A stretch of DNA of 64,000 nucleotides from Gemmatimonadota bacterium. GTDB taxonomy: Bacteria; 4572-55; J002. The notes beneath the pieces were generated by a model. It was not told the origin of the DNA and searched no databases. It saw nothing but the letters and a program-made list of their open reading frames with translations. Location of the stretch: NCBI GenBank assembly GCA_003697105.1, contig RFFQ01000146.1, forward strand, positions 10,565-74,564. Direction: 5' to 3'. Below, piece after piece: positions 49,556-59,235 of the stretch (within the stretch, counting starts at the first letter, position 1; each line of letters starts with the position of its first letter). A program made the translations under genes and the position numbers.

Positions 49556-50557
49556 ATGCCCTCGCCTGCTGCCGGAATCCGTCTTGATGCCAAAAATATC
49601 AGTTGGAAAGCGGGATCAACCCTCATTTTATCCCATATTTCGCTCTCCTTTTTCCCCGCGGAATGTGTCGGGTTGCTCGGTCCCAGTGGGGCGGGCAAAT
49701 CGACCTTGCTCAAGACCCTCTGCGGGATTCTCACGCCGTCCGAAGGTCAAGTACGGGTTAATGGTGATGACTTCCGCCATCATCGAGACCGGTTGCGGTA
49801 TTTTTTGGGGTATGTGCCACAAGATGATATTGTTCACCGCACCTTAACAGTTTACAACGCGTTGCATTATGCCGCCCTACTCCGTTTCCCCCCCGGTACA
49901 CCTTCTGCTACGATAACCTCCAAAGTTGATACGTTGATCCGCCAATTGGGGCTAGCTGAACGCCGCCGCACTCGAATTTCCCGGCTTAGCGGCGGACAAC
50001 GAAAGCGGGTGAGTGTGGGTGTGGAACTGCTAACAGAGCCGTGGCTCCTCTTTTTGGATGAACCCACCTCTGGACTCGACCCCGGAACGGAAGAAAAAAT
50101 GATGAAACTATTCCGGGGCTTGGCAGATGAAGGACGTACCGTGATTTTAACCACACATGTGATGGAATCCCTCCATCTCCTGGATTTGGTGGTGATTTTG
50201 GTGAAAGGGGTGCTGGCATTTTGTGGCCCCCCAGCCGCCGCGTTGCCCTATTTTCGGGTTGATGATTTTGCCGATATTTATAAGGCTCTTGATAAACAAT
50301 CTCCGCGCGCCTGGGCAGACCGGTTTCGCCGTTCGGATTTGTATCAGGAGTACGTTGCCGACCGGCTACAACAGCCATGCTCACTCCCCTTACCGGAAAT
50401 CCCGCAAGTCCCGGCAGTGACAACTTCCGCCAGGAAACCGCCGCGAACCGTGCAAGAACCAGCAACCCCGTCGTCTTCTCCACAACCACCCTCAACCGGA
50501 ATCTCGTCGGTTGAGAGCGAGTTGGAACGGCTCAAACGCGAATTAGGTCAGAAGTAA
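49556..50557 (+). CDS. ABC ATP-binding protein (ABCG/Rv1747-like NBD, no TM domain)
   Basis: GPSGAGKST, YVPQDD, LSGGQRKR, FLDEPTSGLDP, TTH; Pro-rich tail. Confidence 0.9.
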   Translation: MPSPAAGIRLDAKNISWKAGSTLILSHISLSFFPAECVGLLGPSGAGKSTLLKTLCGILTPSEGQVRVNGDDFRHHRDRLRYFLGYVPQDDIVHRTLTVYNALHYAALLRFPPGTPSATITSKVDTLIRQLGLAERRRTRISRLSGGQRKRVSVGVELLTEPWLLFLDEPTSGLDPGTEEKMMKLFRGLADEGRTVILTTHVMESLHLLDLVVILVKGVLAFCGPPAAALPYFRVDDFADIYKALDKQSPRAWADRFRRSDLYQEYVADRLQQPCSLPLPEIPQVPAVTTSARKPPRTVQEPATPSSSPQPPSTGISSVESELERLKRELGQK

Positions 50558-50571
50558 AATGAGGTGTATTC

Positions 50572-51534
50572 ATGACAACTGAACGTGGAAAAGCGATTTT
50601 AGGTGCTACCGGTATTCATCTCGTCCTATTGGTGATTATTTTCTTCCAGACGATTTCGATAGAACAACCCCCCCCCAAGCTGATCGAAGTTGATCTGGCA
50701 ATGGCAGGTGTGTTGGAGGGTACGAGTCCCAAACCGGACGAACCGGTAGCTTCTCCGTTGGAATCGATGCCGCCAGAAGCGTCACCGGAAACCCCAGCGG
50801 AAACTCCACCCACCGACCCCACACCGGAACCGGTTGTTCCGCCGTCACCGGAACGGGTGTCTCCGCCGCCCTCCAAAACCGAGCCCCCGGCGCCTTCCGT
50901 GGAATCTATACCCGATGATCCGGTCACATCCGAGGTAGAAACCCCTGTGCCGGATTCCCCCGCACCCGTTTTACCCCAACGGCGCGGGGTTATCGACCCC
51001 AACCGTCCGAAAGTGCCGCAACGAAATTCGGCTTCCAAATTACCGGTATTTGATCTGCCCACTTCAGATGTACCGGAGGTTATCAATCCCAGTGATAACT
51101 ACGTGCCGCCACCTCCGCCACCCTCGCCACCAACTTATACTGATACGATTGGTATCCCCGAACGAACGGTGAGCGAGAAGGTTACTGGGGCAAATACACC
51201 GCCAAAAGGCCGCCCGGAGGGTGAGACCACAGAAACCACCCGTGAAGAAGGCGTAACCTTCTCGCTGGAAGGGGTAATTCTCAGGCGAAACGTACTCAAA
51301 CACGTTATCCCCGATTATCCATCGGGCGCCGCCGGAAGTCCCGACATCAAATTGAAATTTGAAGTCACCCCGGATGGAGCCGTGACAAATATTATTCCGC
51401 TGAGTAAAGGCGGGGATAGCCGGTTTGAGCGGGTGGCGATTACCGCGCTTCGCCAATGGCGGTTTGGGGCGCTTCAGCACGATTCCGGCGAAAATCAGAC
51501 CGGGATGATTACCTTTAAATTTCGTACCCGTTAG
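50572..51534 (+). CDS. TonB family energy transducer
   Basis: N-terminal TM with His, long Pro-rich linker, PDYP..FEVTPDGAV..ALRQWRF. Confidence 0.85.
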   Translation: MTTERGKAILGATGIHLVLLVIIFFQTISIEQPPPKLIEVDLAMAGVLEGTSPKPDEPVASPLESMPPEASPETPAETPPTDPTPEPVVPPSPERVSPPPSKTEPPAPSVESIPDDPVTSEVETPVPDSPAPVLPQRRGVIDPNRPKVPQRNSASKLPVFDLPTSDVPEVINPSDNYVPPPPPPSPPTYTDTIGIPERTVSEKVTGANTPPKGRPEGETTETTREEGVTFSLEGVILRRNVLKHVIPDYPSGAAGSPDIKLKFEVTPDGAVTNIIPLSKGGDSRFERVAITALRQWRFGALQHDSGENQTGMITFKFRTR

Positions 51535-51660
51535 CGCTATTGAAACTTGGATTACCACTACCTGCGCCCAACATGCGGGGACCGCAATAGTCATTATCTT
51601 AGGGAGTAACGATGTGGTAAGGTAGTGGTCGTAAATCCCTTTTAATTTTGAGGTCTTTCG

Positions 51661-53019
51661 ATGAAACAACTATGGCTTCTTTTGCTGTGTATGGGCTTCC
51701 CAACTGTGGGGCAAAGTGAGACCCTGAGTTTAGCCCAATGTGTAGAGTTCGCGTTGCACCAAAATACCACCATCCAAACGGCTCAGGATAATGTGACAAC
51801 CGGGCAGTTACAGGTACGAGAAAATCGGGCAACTATTTATTTTCCAACCCTTTCCTTTTCAAGCAGTGCTCGTTACAGTCAAAATCAGGATGAGACGACC
51901 TCTGAATTTGAGCAGGAAATACCGGTTGGGGATACAACCCGTATTCAAACATTCAAAGAGACCCGCCAAACCGATGGGAACCGGTTTGGTGCAGATGCCA
52001 GTTTGACGTTGTCCTACCCGTTGTATAATGGAGGTGCAAATCGTGCCCTTTTTTCTCAGGCAAAAGCAGACCGTCGTTTGGCGGAAGTTCGCTATACCTT
52101 AGCAGAACAAAACTTGATATATACTGTTAAGCAACGTTATTTTGACCTGCTTCGGGCACAGCGTTTAGCGCAAGTGCGTGCAGAACAAGTTGACCAAAAT
52201 GAACGGTATTTGGACCGGGCACAAACCCAATTTGAGCTAGGTTCCGTGACCCAAGGCGATGTTTTCAAGGCAAAAGTGGGTCTGGCAAATGCTCAAATGG
52301 ATTTTATTAGTGCCCAAAATGCCGTTCGTATTGCAAAAGCAAACTTAGCACATACCATCGGTTTACCGCTCTCTCACGATTTTGAGGTCATTGACATCGT
52401 CGAATCCCAACCGTTGGAGGTCGATTTGGAACAGGTGACTCAAATCGCCCTCGCACAGCGTCCGGAACTCTCGGAAAATGAGGCGTTGATTGAACGATCT
52501 GAAACGGGGGTGGCGTTGGCGCGCAGTAACCACTGGAGCCGTCCTCGAATCAACCTCAATAGCAGTTATTTTTACAACCAGAGTGAAAGTTTTGTGCTGG
52601 GAACAAATCAGGAATCTACTTCATGGGGTTGGAGTATTGGGGCATCGGCTAATCTCACCTTGTTTGATGGCGGCGCCACGCGGGCGGCAGTTCAACAGGC
52701 GAAAATCAATCACCGCATTGCTGAACGAGATTATGAACAAAAAAAACGAGATATTGCGTTGGAAGTGCAAGAAGCGTATCTTAACTTGATAGAAGCTCGG
52801 GAACGGATTCGAGTGAGCACCGAAGCCGTCCGTTCCGCTGAGGAAGACCTGCGGCTGGCAGAAGAAAAATATGATTTGGGTGCCGGAACATTTATTGAAG
52901 TGACCGATGCACAAGTTGCTGTTACCGATGCCAAACGCTCACAGGTCAATGCGATTTATGACTATGAACTGGCTAAAGCCGCCCTCGAAAAAGCGATGGG
53001 CACGATTGATTCACCATAA
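51661..53019 (+). CDS. TolC family outer-membrane efflux protein
   Basis: Signal peptide, LSLAQCVEFAL..N, duplicated OEP halves, LFDGG, EKYDLG, LEKAMG. Confidence 0.9.
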   Translation: MKQLWLLLLCMGFPTVGQSETLSLAQCVEFALHQNTTIQTAQDNVTTGQLQVRENRATIYFPTLSFSSSARYSQNQDETTSEFEQEIPVGDTTRIQTFKETRQTDGNRFGADASLTLSYPLYNGGANRALFSQAKADRRLAEVRYTLAEQNLIYTVKQRYFDLLRAQRLAQVRAEQVDQNERYLDRAQTQFELGSVTQGDVFKAKVGLANAQMDFISAQNAVRIAKANLAHTIGLPLSHDFEVIDIVESQPLEVDLEQVTQIALAQRPELSENEALIERSETGVALARSNHWSRPRINLNSSYFYNQSESFVLGTNQESTSWGWSIGASANLTLFDGGATRAAVQQAKINHRIAERDYEQKKRDIALEVQEAYLNLIEARERIRVSTEAVRSAEEDLRLAEEKYDLGAGTFIEVTDAQVAVTDAKRSQVNAIYDYELAKAALEKAMGTIDSP

Positions 53020-53033
53020 GGAGAAGTACACCG

Positions 53034-53717
53034 ATGAACGAAGAATTCCAACACACAACGGATGCCATCCACCTAGAAACGGCGAAAAAACAACGTAAAC
53101 CCAAAAGTAAATTTCGGGAGTATGTGGAGGCGATTCTCATTGCCGTAATTGTTGCCACGTTGATCCGCACGAGCGTCGTTGAAGCTTACCGGATCCCTTC
53201 TGGGTCCATGGAAGATACCTTGCTGGTGGGCGATTTTCTGTTTGTCAATAAATTTATTTACGGCGCGCGGCTACCCTTTATCGATAAACCCATTTTACCA
53301 GCAATCCGCGACCCCCAACCGGGGGATATTCTGGTGTTTAAATATCCAGAAGACCTCAAACGGAATTTCATTAAACGGTGTATTGCCGTGGAAGGGCAGA
53401 CGGTAGAAATTCGCAATAAAGTGGTTTATGTGGATGGCCAACCCCTTGAAGAACCCTATACCAAATTTCTTTATCCTCACCAAACTCACGGCGTACCGCG
53501 TGATAATTTTGGTCCCGTTACGATCCCTAAAGGGCAGTTGTTCATGATGGGTGATAATCGGGATAATAGTCAGGATAGCCGGTATTGGGGGTTGCTAGAC
53601 CGCGATCTGGTCAAAGGTGAAGCGTTTATGGTCTATTGGTCATTCAATTATGATGTGCCTTTGTGGGACATCGGGCACAAGATTCGGTGGGACCGGATCG
53701 GGCATCTCATCCAATAA
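53034..53717 (+). CDS. lepB: Signal peptidase I
   Basis: IPSGSMEDTL..GD, FIKRC, MGDNRDNSQDSRYWG. Confidence 0.96.
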   Translation: MNEEFQHTTDAIHLETAKKQRKPKSKFREYVEAILIAVIVATLIRTSVVEAYRIPSGSMEDTLLVGDFLFVNKFIYGARLPFIDKPILPAIRDPQPGDILVFKYPEDLKRNFIKRCIAVEGQTVEIRNKVVYVDGQPLEEPYTKFLYPHQTHGVPRDNFGPVTIPKGQLFMMGDNRDNSQDSRYWGLLDRDLVKGEAFMVYWSFNYDVPLWDIGHKIRWDRIGHLIQ

Positions 53718-53777
53718 CGGCTTTTCACCGTGGGGTGTTTGAGTGCCCCGCGTGACTGAACAATGCCACGTGTTCTT

Positions 53778-53808
53778 AACCCTTAGGGATTCCAAGACCC
53801 TAAGGGTT
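53778..53808. repeat. Inverted repeat (REP-like / bidirectional terminator)
   Basis: AACCCTTAGGG-9 nt-CCCTAAGGGTT between convergent genes. Confidence 0.65.
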
Positions 53809-53814
53809 TTATGT

Positions 53815-55050
53815 TTAGCGAAACCGTTTTTTGATGTATTCCAACGCCTCTTTGGTATTTAATTTTTGTGTGTTGTTACCGGTTCGGACGAAAAAGGCTT
53901 GATTGAGACTATCCACAAACACCGGTTTATCCCCCCGTTGAATGTGAATCGCGCAGACATCCTGATCTTCTACCGAAATAAATGAAATGTCCACGTACCG
54001 GAACGAATCTTTGCCTAAATAATGTGAAATAAGGGATGTTAGGTGAAGTTCGTAGCCATCTAGGTTTTGTTTACGCACCGTTTTGTAATCCTGCTGGATT
54101 CCTACCACATTTTGGTGATCATCGACCCCGATAAAAAGAATTCCACCTTCGGCATTCATAAAACCGGCGATAGTTTTGATGACCGCCATTTCTAAATCTT
54201 TGTTGATTCGCTTATTCTCTCGATCCCACCGGGCGGAGGATTTAAATTCTACGTGTTGGCTTTCGGCACGTGACATTAGGCTTTTGGTCAATGTCAGTTT
54301 TGCTTTCATCTTCAGTATATCTTCTTCATGGAGGAATGTCCGAATGGTAGAGCGGATGTTTGCCGCCCGGTACAAACAGGCAACTCCCCCAAATAAAAGA
54401 TATTGCGCCAAATACCACGCCGATAAAAATTGCCAGTGAAATTTCCGGTTCTTAACATGTTGAATATGCTGATCGAACCATTCCAACCCCATGATATCCT
54501 TAAAAATATGTTGTAGATAGTGGTAGCCCTCAGGACTCTTGATAAAGAAGGGCCATAATCCGGTAAAAAGCAGCCCGCAATACGCCCCTAAGATCAGCGA
54601 GACATACGGTGGAAACGGCATGAACACCATACCGAAAAAGACAAGAATAATGTACACCACCCCATACCGGTTAAAATCGATGCAAAAATTAATCACATCT
54701 TTTGAAACTCCCCAGGTGGCTATGGCAAAAATCGTAATCAAGAGGAGGTAATAATCGTATTGGGTTGTTTTAGACCCCCACCGAAACAGAGCCACGCCCC
54801 CGATAAAGACCAACAACACCAGCACACTTTTAATCAAATTCAACATATCAATGTTAGAAAAGGGGCTGATCACTACGATAAACAAGCTGATTAAGCTTGT
54901 TAGCGTGAGGAGTAAGAGCAAGGCAGGGGTAGCTTGATTGCGGAGGGCATTATGGAGTTTGGGATCAAGCTTTTGGAGATTGGGAAATAGGAAGGCTTTG
55001 ATTTCTGTTGCAGTCCATTGTGCGGGAAAACGACCCGACTGATTTCGCAT
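53815..55050 (-). CDS. Multi-TM protein with C-terminal Schlafen/AlbA_2 domain
   Basis: About 6 hydrophobic helices, then ESQHVEFKSS, KTIAGFMNAEGGILFIGVDD, FFVRTGN. Confidence 0.85.
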   Translation of the reverse strand: MRNQSGRFPAQWTATEIKAFLFPNLQKLDPKLHNALRNQATPALLLLLTLTSLISLFIVVISPFSNIDMLNLIKSVLVLLVFIGGVALFRWGSKTTQYDYYLLLITIFAIATWGVSKDVINFCIDFNRYGVVYIILVFFGMVFMPFPPYVSLILGAYCGLLFTGLWPFFIKSPEGYHYLQHIFKDIMGLEWFDQHIQHVKNRKFHWQFLSAWYLAQYLLFGGVACLYRAANIRSTIRTFLHEEDILKMKAKLTLTKSLMSRAESQHVEFKSSARWDRENKRINKDLEMAVIKTIAGFMNAEGGILFIGVDDHQNVVGIQQDYKTVRKQNLDGYELHLTSLISHYLGKDSFRYVDISFISVEDQDVCAIHIQRGDKPVFVDSLNQAFFVRTGNNTQKLNTKEALEYIKKRFR

Positions 55051-55079
55051 AAGAATTCATCACCTCTAGCAATTAGGAC

Positions 55080-55739
55080 TCACCTCGGGTGAATATTTAC
55101 AAAAATGTGATTCATCACCGTGTTACCGAGCGAGTGTTCCACGCCGTCAACTTCCACCACCATGGGGCCTTCAAAGGGTGCCCGAGATTTGATCTGGATT
55201 TCTGTATGGGGGACAAGACCTATGGATTCTAAATACCGTAGCAATTCTGGGTTGGTGTCGCTGACACGCACGATCCGTGCCGATTGTCCGGGCTGGGCAT
55301 GTGCTAGCAACCGTCCATGTTGGTCTTCAATGGTACCATCCGCCGTTGGAATTGGGTCACCATGCGGGTCTATTCGGGGATAGCCCAGCAATTTATCAAG
55401 CCGTTGCACCAATTCTGTGGAGGGCAAATGCTCCAAATCTTCGGCTTCTTCGTGGACCTGATGCAACGGAAAATCCAAGTATTCAACCAAAAACACTTCC
55501 CACAGCCGGTGTTTACGGAGGACATTCAGCGCCAATCCCCGCCCTTCTGGGGTGAGTTCCACACCGCGATACGGGGTATAGTGCAGGTAGCCACGCTCGG
55601 AAAGTTTTTTGATCATATCGGTGACGGACGCGGCAGAAACGTCCATCCGCTGGGCAATGGCGGAAGTGGTCACCTGATCCGTATGTTCCTGCAATTGGTA
55701 GATATGTTTCAGATAATCTTCGATTGTTTTGGTGGACAT
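55080..55739 (-). CDS. DtxR/MntR-family metal-dependent repressor with FeoA-like domain
   Basis: EDYLKHIY, SVTDMIKKL, RKHRLWEVFL, HEEAEDLEH, DPHGDPIP. Confidence 0.95.
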   Translation of the reverse strand: MSTKTIEDYLKHIYQLQEHTDQVTTSAIAQRMDVSAASVTDMIKKLSERGYLHYTPYRGVELTPEGRGLALNVLRKHRLWEVFLVEYLDFPLHQVHEEAEDLEHLPSTELVQRLDKLLGYPRIDPHGDPIPTADGTIEDQHGRLLAHAQPGQSARIVRVSDTNPELLRYLESIGLVPHTEIQIKSRAPFEGPMVVEVDGVEHSLGNTVMNHIFVNIHPR

Positions 55740-55773
55740 GCGACACATATATTTAGTGTGGTAGGACTCAAGG

Positions 55774-55815
55774 TTTAGATGGGGCTAAAATATACTCGTG
55801 GGCAGAGCGAGTCAA
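55774..55815 (-). promoter_or_regulatory. Promoter overlapped by a DtxR/MntR-type palindrome (candidate autoregulation)
   Basis: TTTAG-N6-CTAAA at 55774-55789 overlapping minus-strand TTGACT-17-TATTTT. Confidence 0.6.
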
Positions 55816-55829
55816 GCGAAATAGATGTG

Positions 55830-57464
55830 TTATAACTCTTCACGCTTGACCTGAAAATTAAGTTGCTCGATTTCCTGTGCATAACGGCGCAGTTGTTGTA
55901 GCATCTCTTCTACAGAATCGCTGGTTTGCAACACGCTTTCATACACGTGGGTCAACTCCACATTGTTACGCAGGGTATCCTGAAACTGCCCAAAATCCAA
56001 CTGGACGGTGTCAAAAATATCATGTGCTTGTTCCACCACGGATCGTAAATCCTGTTCCGCACGTTTAATTTTTTGCAGAATATCTGCTGTGGAATTACTG
56101 ATTTTCACAATCGAATTGATCATGGAATCCAGCGCAATGCGAGCACTCCGGGAAATCTCACGAGCTACGGCGACCTTTTGCGCATTAAAATTCATGGCTT
56201 CAGAGAAGTCGCTAATTCGATCCCGGATTTCCCGAATCGCTTTTTCAACTTCATCTGCCGCGTTTCCGCTGGCGGTGGCTAATTTTTTCACTTCTTCCGC
56301 CACAACGGCAAAGCCACGTCCTTCTACACCGGCACGGGAGGCTTCAATAGAGGCATTTAAGGAGAGTAAAGCCGTTTTACGGGCTATTTTTTTTATAATA
56401 TTGACAAACTCATCAACATCACCCATCGAATCGATCAGCTCGGAAGACATATCCAGCGAAATCTCGACCGCTCCGGAAATATCCAGCAAATATTCGCTTG
56501 CTTTCGCCACTTCAGCCCTGTTTTGGTTGGCAATTTGGCTGGCAGTGCCGCCATCCTGAGCAATCGACTCTGAAATGGAGAGGATATGTTTCATGGATTC
56601 CACGGTCATATTGAGGGAGTGACTAATTTCCTGAATGTGGTTCGACTTTTCTTCGTTGGTCATGGTGAGCGCTACCATCCGCTGAGTAATCCGGGCGGTG
56701 TTTTCAGAGACTTCTTCGCTCATATACCGGATTTTTTGGAGTTCGGTAATCACTTGATCCACCTGATCAATCGTCGTATCGGCTAATTTGGCAATTTTTT
56801 TCGTCAATATCTGTTTTTCGCGTTCTTGTGCCTTCTGGTCTGCTGCACGGCGATTGAGATAAATCAGCAACTGGTGTACTGCAGTTGAAGCCAATGCCAC
56901 CACAATCAAACTACTAGCAACTACTGCCCCAGCAGAATGGGTCAAATATCCCGCATAGCCCGCTATGGAGACTGACACGCTCAACGTGATAAAAAAACTA
57001 CCCACTAAAATTGATTCCGTAGGTACCAAAGAAAGAAAATCGGTTGTCTCTCGATTTTGAATCCACCAAATCCGAATCCCACCCAACAACAGGATCAGGG
57101 GCAACCCAAAAAATATCACCGATGCCCACGGGTATGAGTGAATTTTCAGCCAATGTCCTAACCCGATCAGTGCCACTAACATCACCACGTTGATGCTAAA
57201 ACACGCATATTGATATTTCCAAAACCGGTCGGTTGTTATGCCTTTTGTGCTCAAAAATCGTCGTGTGAAGTGATAGTCAATAAGCCCATTTAAAACCAGC
57301 GCCACACTTCCCAACAGTGCCGAAGCAAACGTTATGGGAAATCGATCTTGAATCCAGATGGCGGAAACTATCGCACAGACGAGTGCTACCAGCGTTGTAC
57401 TCCAAATGGACAGATACGGTGCGACATAACGCCTCAAAAATAGTTGGGTATCGATAGATTTCAT
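55830..57464 (-). CDS. Methyl-accepting chemotaxis protein with multi-TM sensor region
   Basis: About 6 TMs; hairpin tip IARKTALLSLNASIEASRAGVEGRGFAVVAEEVKKLA; start at 57464 or 57482. Confidence 0.92.
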   Translation of the reverse strand: MKSIDTQLFLRRYVAPYLSIWSTTLVALVCAIVSAIWIQDRFPITFASALLGSVALVLNGLIDYHFTRRFLSTKGITTDRFWKYQYACFSINVVMLVALIGLGHWLKIHSYPWASVIFFGLPLILLLGGIRIWWIQNRETTDFLSLVPTESILVGSFFITLSVSVSIAGYAGYLTHSAGAVVASSLIVVALASTAVHQLLIYLNRRAADQKAQEREKQILTKKIAKLADTTIDQVDQVITELQKIRYMSEEVSENTARITQRMVALTMTNEEKSNHIQEISHSLNMTVESMKHILSISESIAQDGGTASQIANQNRAEVAKASEYLLDISGAVEISLDMSSELIDSMGDVDEFVNIIKKIARKTALLSLNASIEASRAGVEGRGFAVVAEEVKKLATASGNAADEVEKAIREIRDRISDFSEAMNFNAQKVAVAREISRSARIALDSMINSIVKISNSTADILQKIKRAEQDLRSVVEQAHDIFDTVQLDFGQFQDTLRNNVELTHVYESVLQTSDSVEEMLQQLRRYAQEIEQLNFQVKREEL

Positions 57465-57468
57465 CGGG

Positions 57469-59058
57469 TTATCGCTCCACAATCGTGTTGGTGATGCCCT
57501 CCCGGGTCAGGCGTTGGCTTAATGCCGCGCAGTCCAACGTATCTTCGAATGCGCCGACAAATACTCCGTATGTCGCTGTTCCCTGCTTGGGCTGGGTTTT
57601 CAGGACATACGGGGCATAATTTTCTGGAATCGACTGGCGAAACCGCTCCGCATCTGCTTTCGAGGTAAATCCTCCGAGCCAGAGAGCGTATGGCAACCGA
57701 ACATAAGAGGCATAATTATCAGGAGTTTGCCGCTTTAATTGTTCCGCTACGACTTTGGCAGAATCTTCCGTTGGGAAGCCACTTACCACCACGCGATACC
57801 AGATCGTATCCGAAACCTTCGCCGGGATGAAAAAGGCTTCGTAGCCGTTTTGGCGGAGTTGCTTGACATAATTGAGGGCAAGCTCACGTTGTTGAAAAGA
57901 CTCCGTGTGTACGGAATACGGATGGGTCGAGACAAAAGGGGATTCCACTGCCGGAAATTCCATTATCGTCGCATCTGAAGCGGTCTCTGGTTCAGAAGAT
58001 ATGCTTTCGGGAGTTTCTGGCGGCTCCGTTTCCGCCGGTTCCACACGAGGCGGTGGTGGCGGCGTTACCGCTGGGGCTTCTGTTGAGGGTTGGGTCCAAT
58101 TCGTGTATTGGTGTGCCACAAATTGAATCAATGGTTGGCGGAACCAACTCCCGACGGCGATCAGGAAAAACAACGTGAGTAGCGTGAATATTAAAGCCGC
58201 CGGAATATGCGGGAACCGCCATGAAGGCGAAGACGCCCGTCCGGTGAACGGCGTTTTTTTGAGGTCATCCAAATGGATAAAACGAGTGAATGATGTTATC
58301 GAGGTATTCTCCAGCATGTCTTCATTCACTCCATTTGCAATAACGCCAATCATAATAGGTTTGTCAATTTGGGTATATGTTTTAACCAATTGGGAAAACT
58401 CTTTTAACGAGGTCACATTCGGGTTGTAAACACAGAGCACTAAATCCACATTATCAATCAGTTTCAGAATGTCTTCAGCGAAATTTTCGCTGGCACACAT
58501 ATCAAAAATGATCATGTTGGCGCGTGATTCCAGCGTTTTTAGTACCCGTCCGGCATTAGACCGGCGAAACAGACTCGGTGGGTGAATGCAATTTGCACCG
58601 GCGGGGATTAAAAAAATTTTGTCAATGGGTGTTTTTTGCACAACGGTTTTGGGATCCGCATTATACATAATGACGTCCACGAATCCTTCTGTGTTGGGTA
58701 TATCAAAAAACAATTGAAGCTCGGGCTTGCGAACATCCCCATCAATGAGTAACACCCGTTGTCCTTGTTTCGCAAAGGCGAGGGAAAGTGCCGTACATAG
58801 GGTTGATTTGCCTTCGTTTGCATGAACGCTAGTGACCAATATTTTTTTAATTTTTTTATCTTTTAATCGAATTTGTTGGGCAATTTTGGTGGTGTCTTCG
58901 CGTAGGGCATGCTCAATCTGGGAAACGTTCGGCGGTGTGCCGTTGGTATGCAACTGCGTCTTATCCGTCAGCACCCCAAATACAGGAACGTCTTTGGGTA
59001 CACGTTGCTCAATTTCATGCACAATACGATGGGTGATGGATTCCGCAGGCTTGGGCAT
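57469..59058 (-). CDS. CpsD/CapB (BY-kinase/MinD)-like ATPase - TM - two SPOR domains
   Basis: VTSVHANEGKST, VLLIDGDVRKP, TM, Pro-rich linker, YSVHTESF..WYRVVVSGF, LGGF..YGVFVGAF. Confidence 0.8.
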   Translation of the reverse strand: MPKPAESITHRIVHEIEQRVPKDVPVFGVLTDKTQLHTNGTPPNVSQIEHALREDTTKIAQQIRLKDKKIKKILVTSVHANEGKSTLCTALSLAFAKQGQRVLLIDGDVRKPELQLFFDIPNTEGFVDVIMYNADPKTVVQKTPIDKIFLIPAGANCIHPPSLFRRSNAGRVLKTLESRANMIIFDMCASENFAEDILKLIDNVDLVLCVYNPNVTSLKEFSQLVKTYTQIDKPIMIGVIANGVNEDMLENTSITSFTRFIHLDDLKKTPFTGRASSPSWRFPHIPAALIFTLLTLFFLIAVGSWFRQPLIQFVAHQYTNWTQPSTEAPAVTPPPPPRVEPAETEPPETPESISSEPETASDATIMEFPAVESPFVSTHPYSVHTESFQQRELALNYVKQLRQNGYEAFFIPAKVSDTIWYRVVVSGFPTEDSAKVVAEQLKRQTPDNYASYVRLPYALWLGGFTSKADAERFRQSIPENYAPYVLKTQPKQGTATYGVFVGAFEDTLDCAALSQRLTREGITNTIVER

Positions 59059-59074
59059 AGGCTTCAAACTTAGC

Positions 59075-59103
59075 TTGACTTTTCAGGGAGGCTATGATAT
59101 TAT
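59075..59103 (+). promoter_or_regulatory. Sigma70 promoter with extended -10
   Basis: TTGACT-17 nt-TATTAT with TG. Confidence 0.55.
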
Positions 59104-59235
59104 CCTAAGCGTTTACTATCCTGAATCAGATGATGCAAAGACGGTTTAGACGCTTTATTTACAGGCGTTTCAAAAATGATACTAACATAAATTAAAAACC
59201 AACGCAAGTAAAAACTCTCTGACGGGAGACCAGCG

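Noticed and set aside
57469-59058. Capsule/EPS Wzc tyrosine kinase locus
   Set aside because: Topology is reversed, there is no Tyr cluster, and no polysaccharide genes are adjacent.
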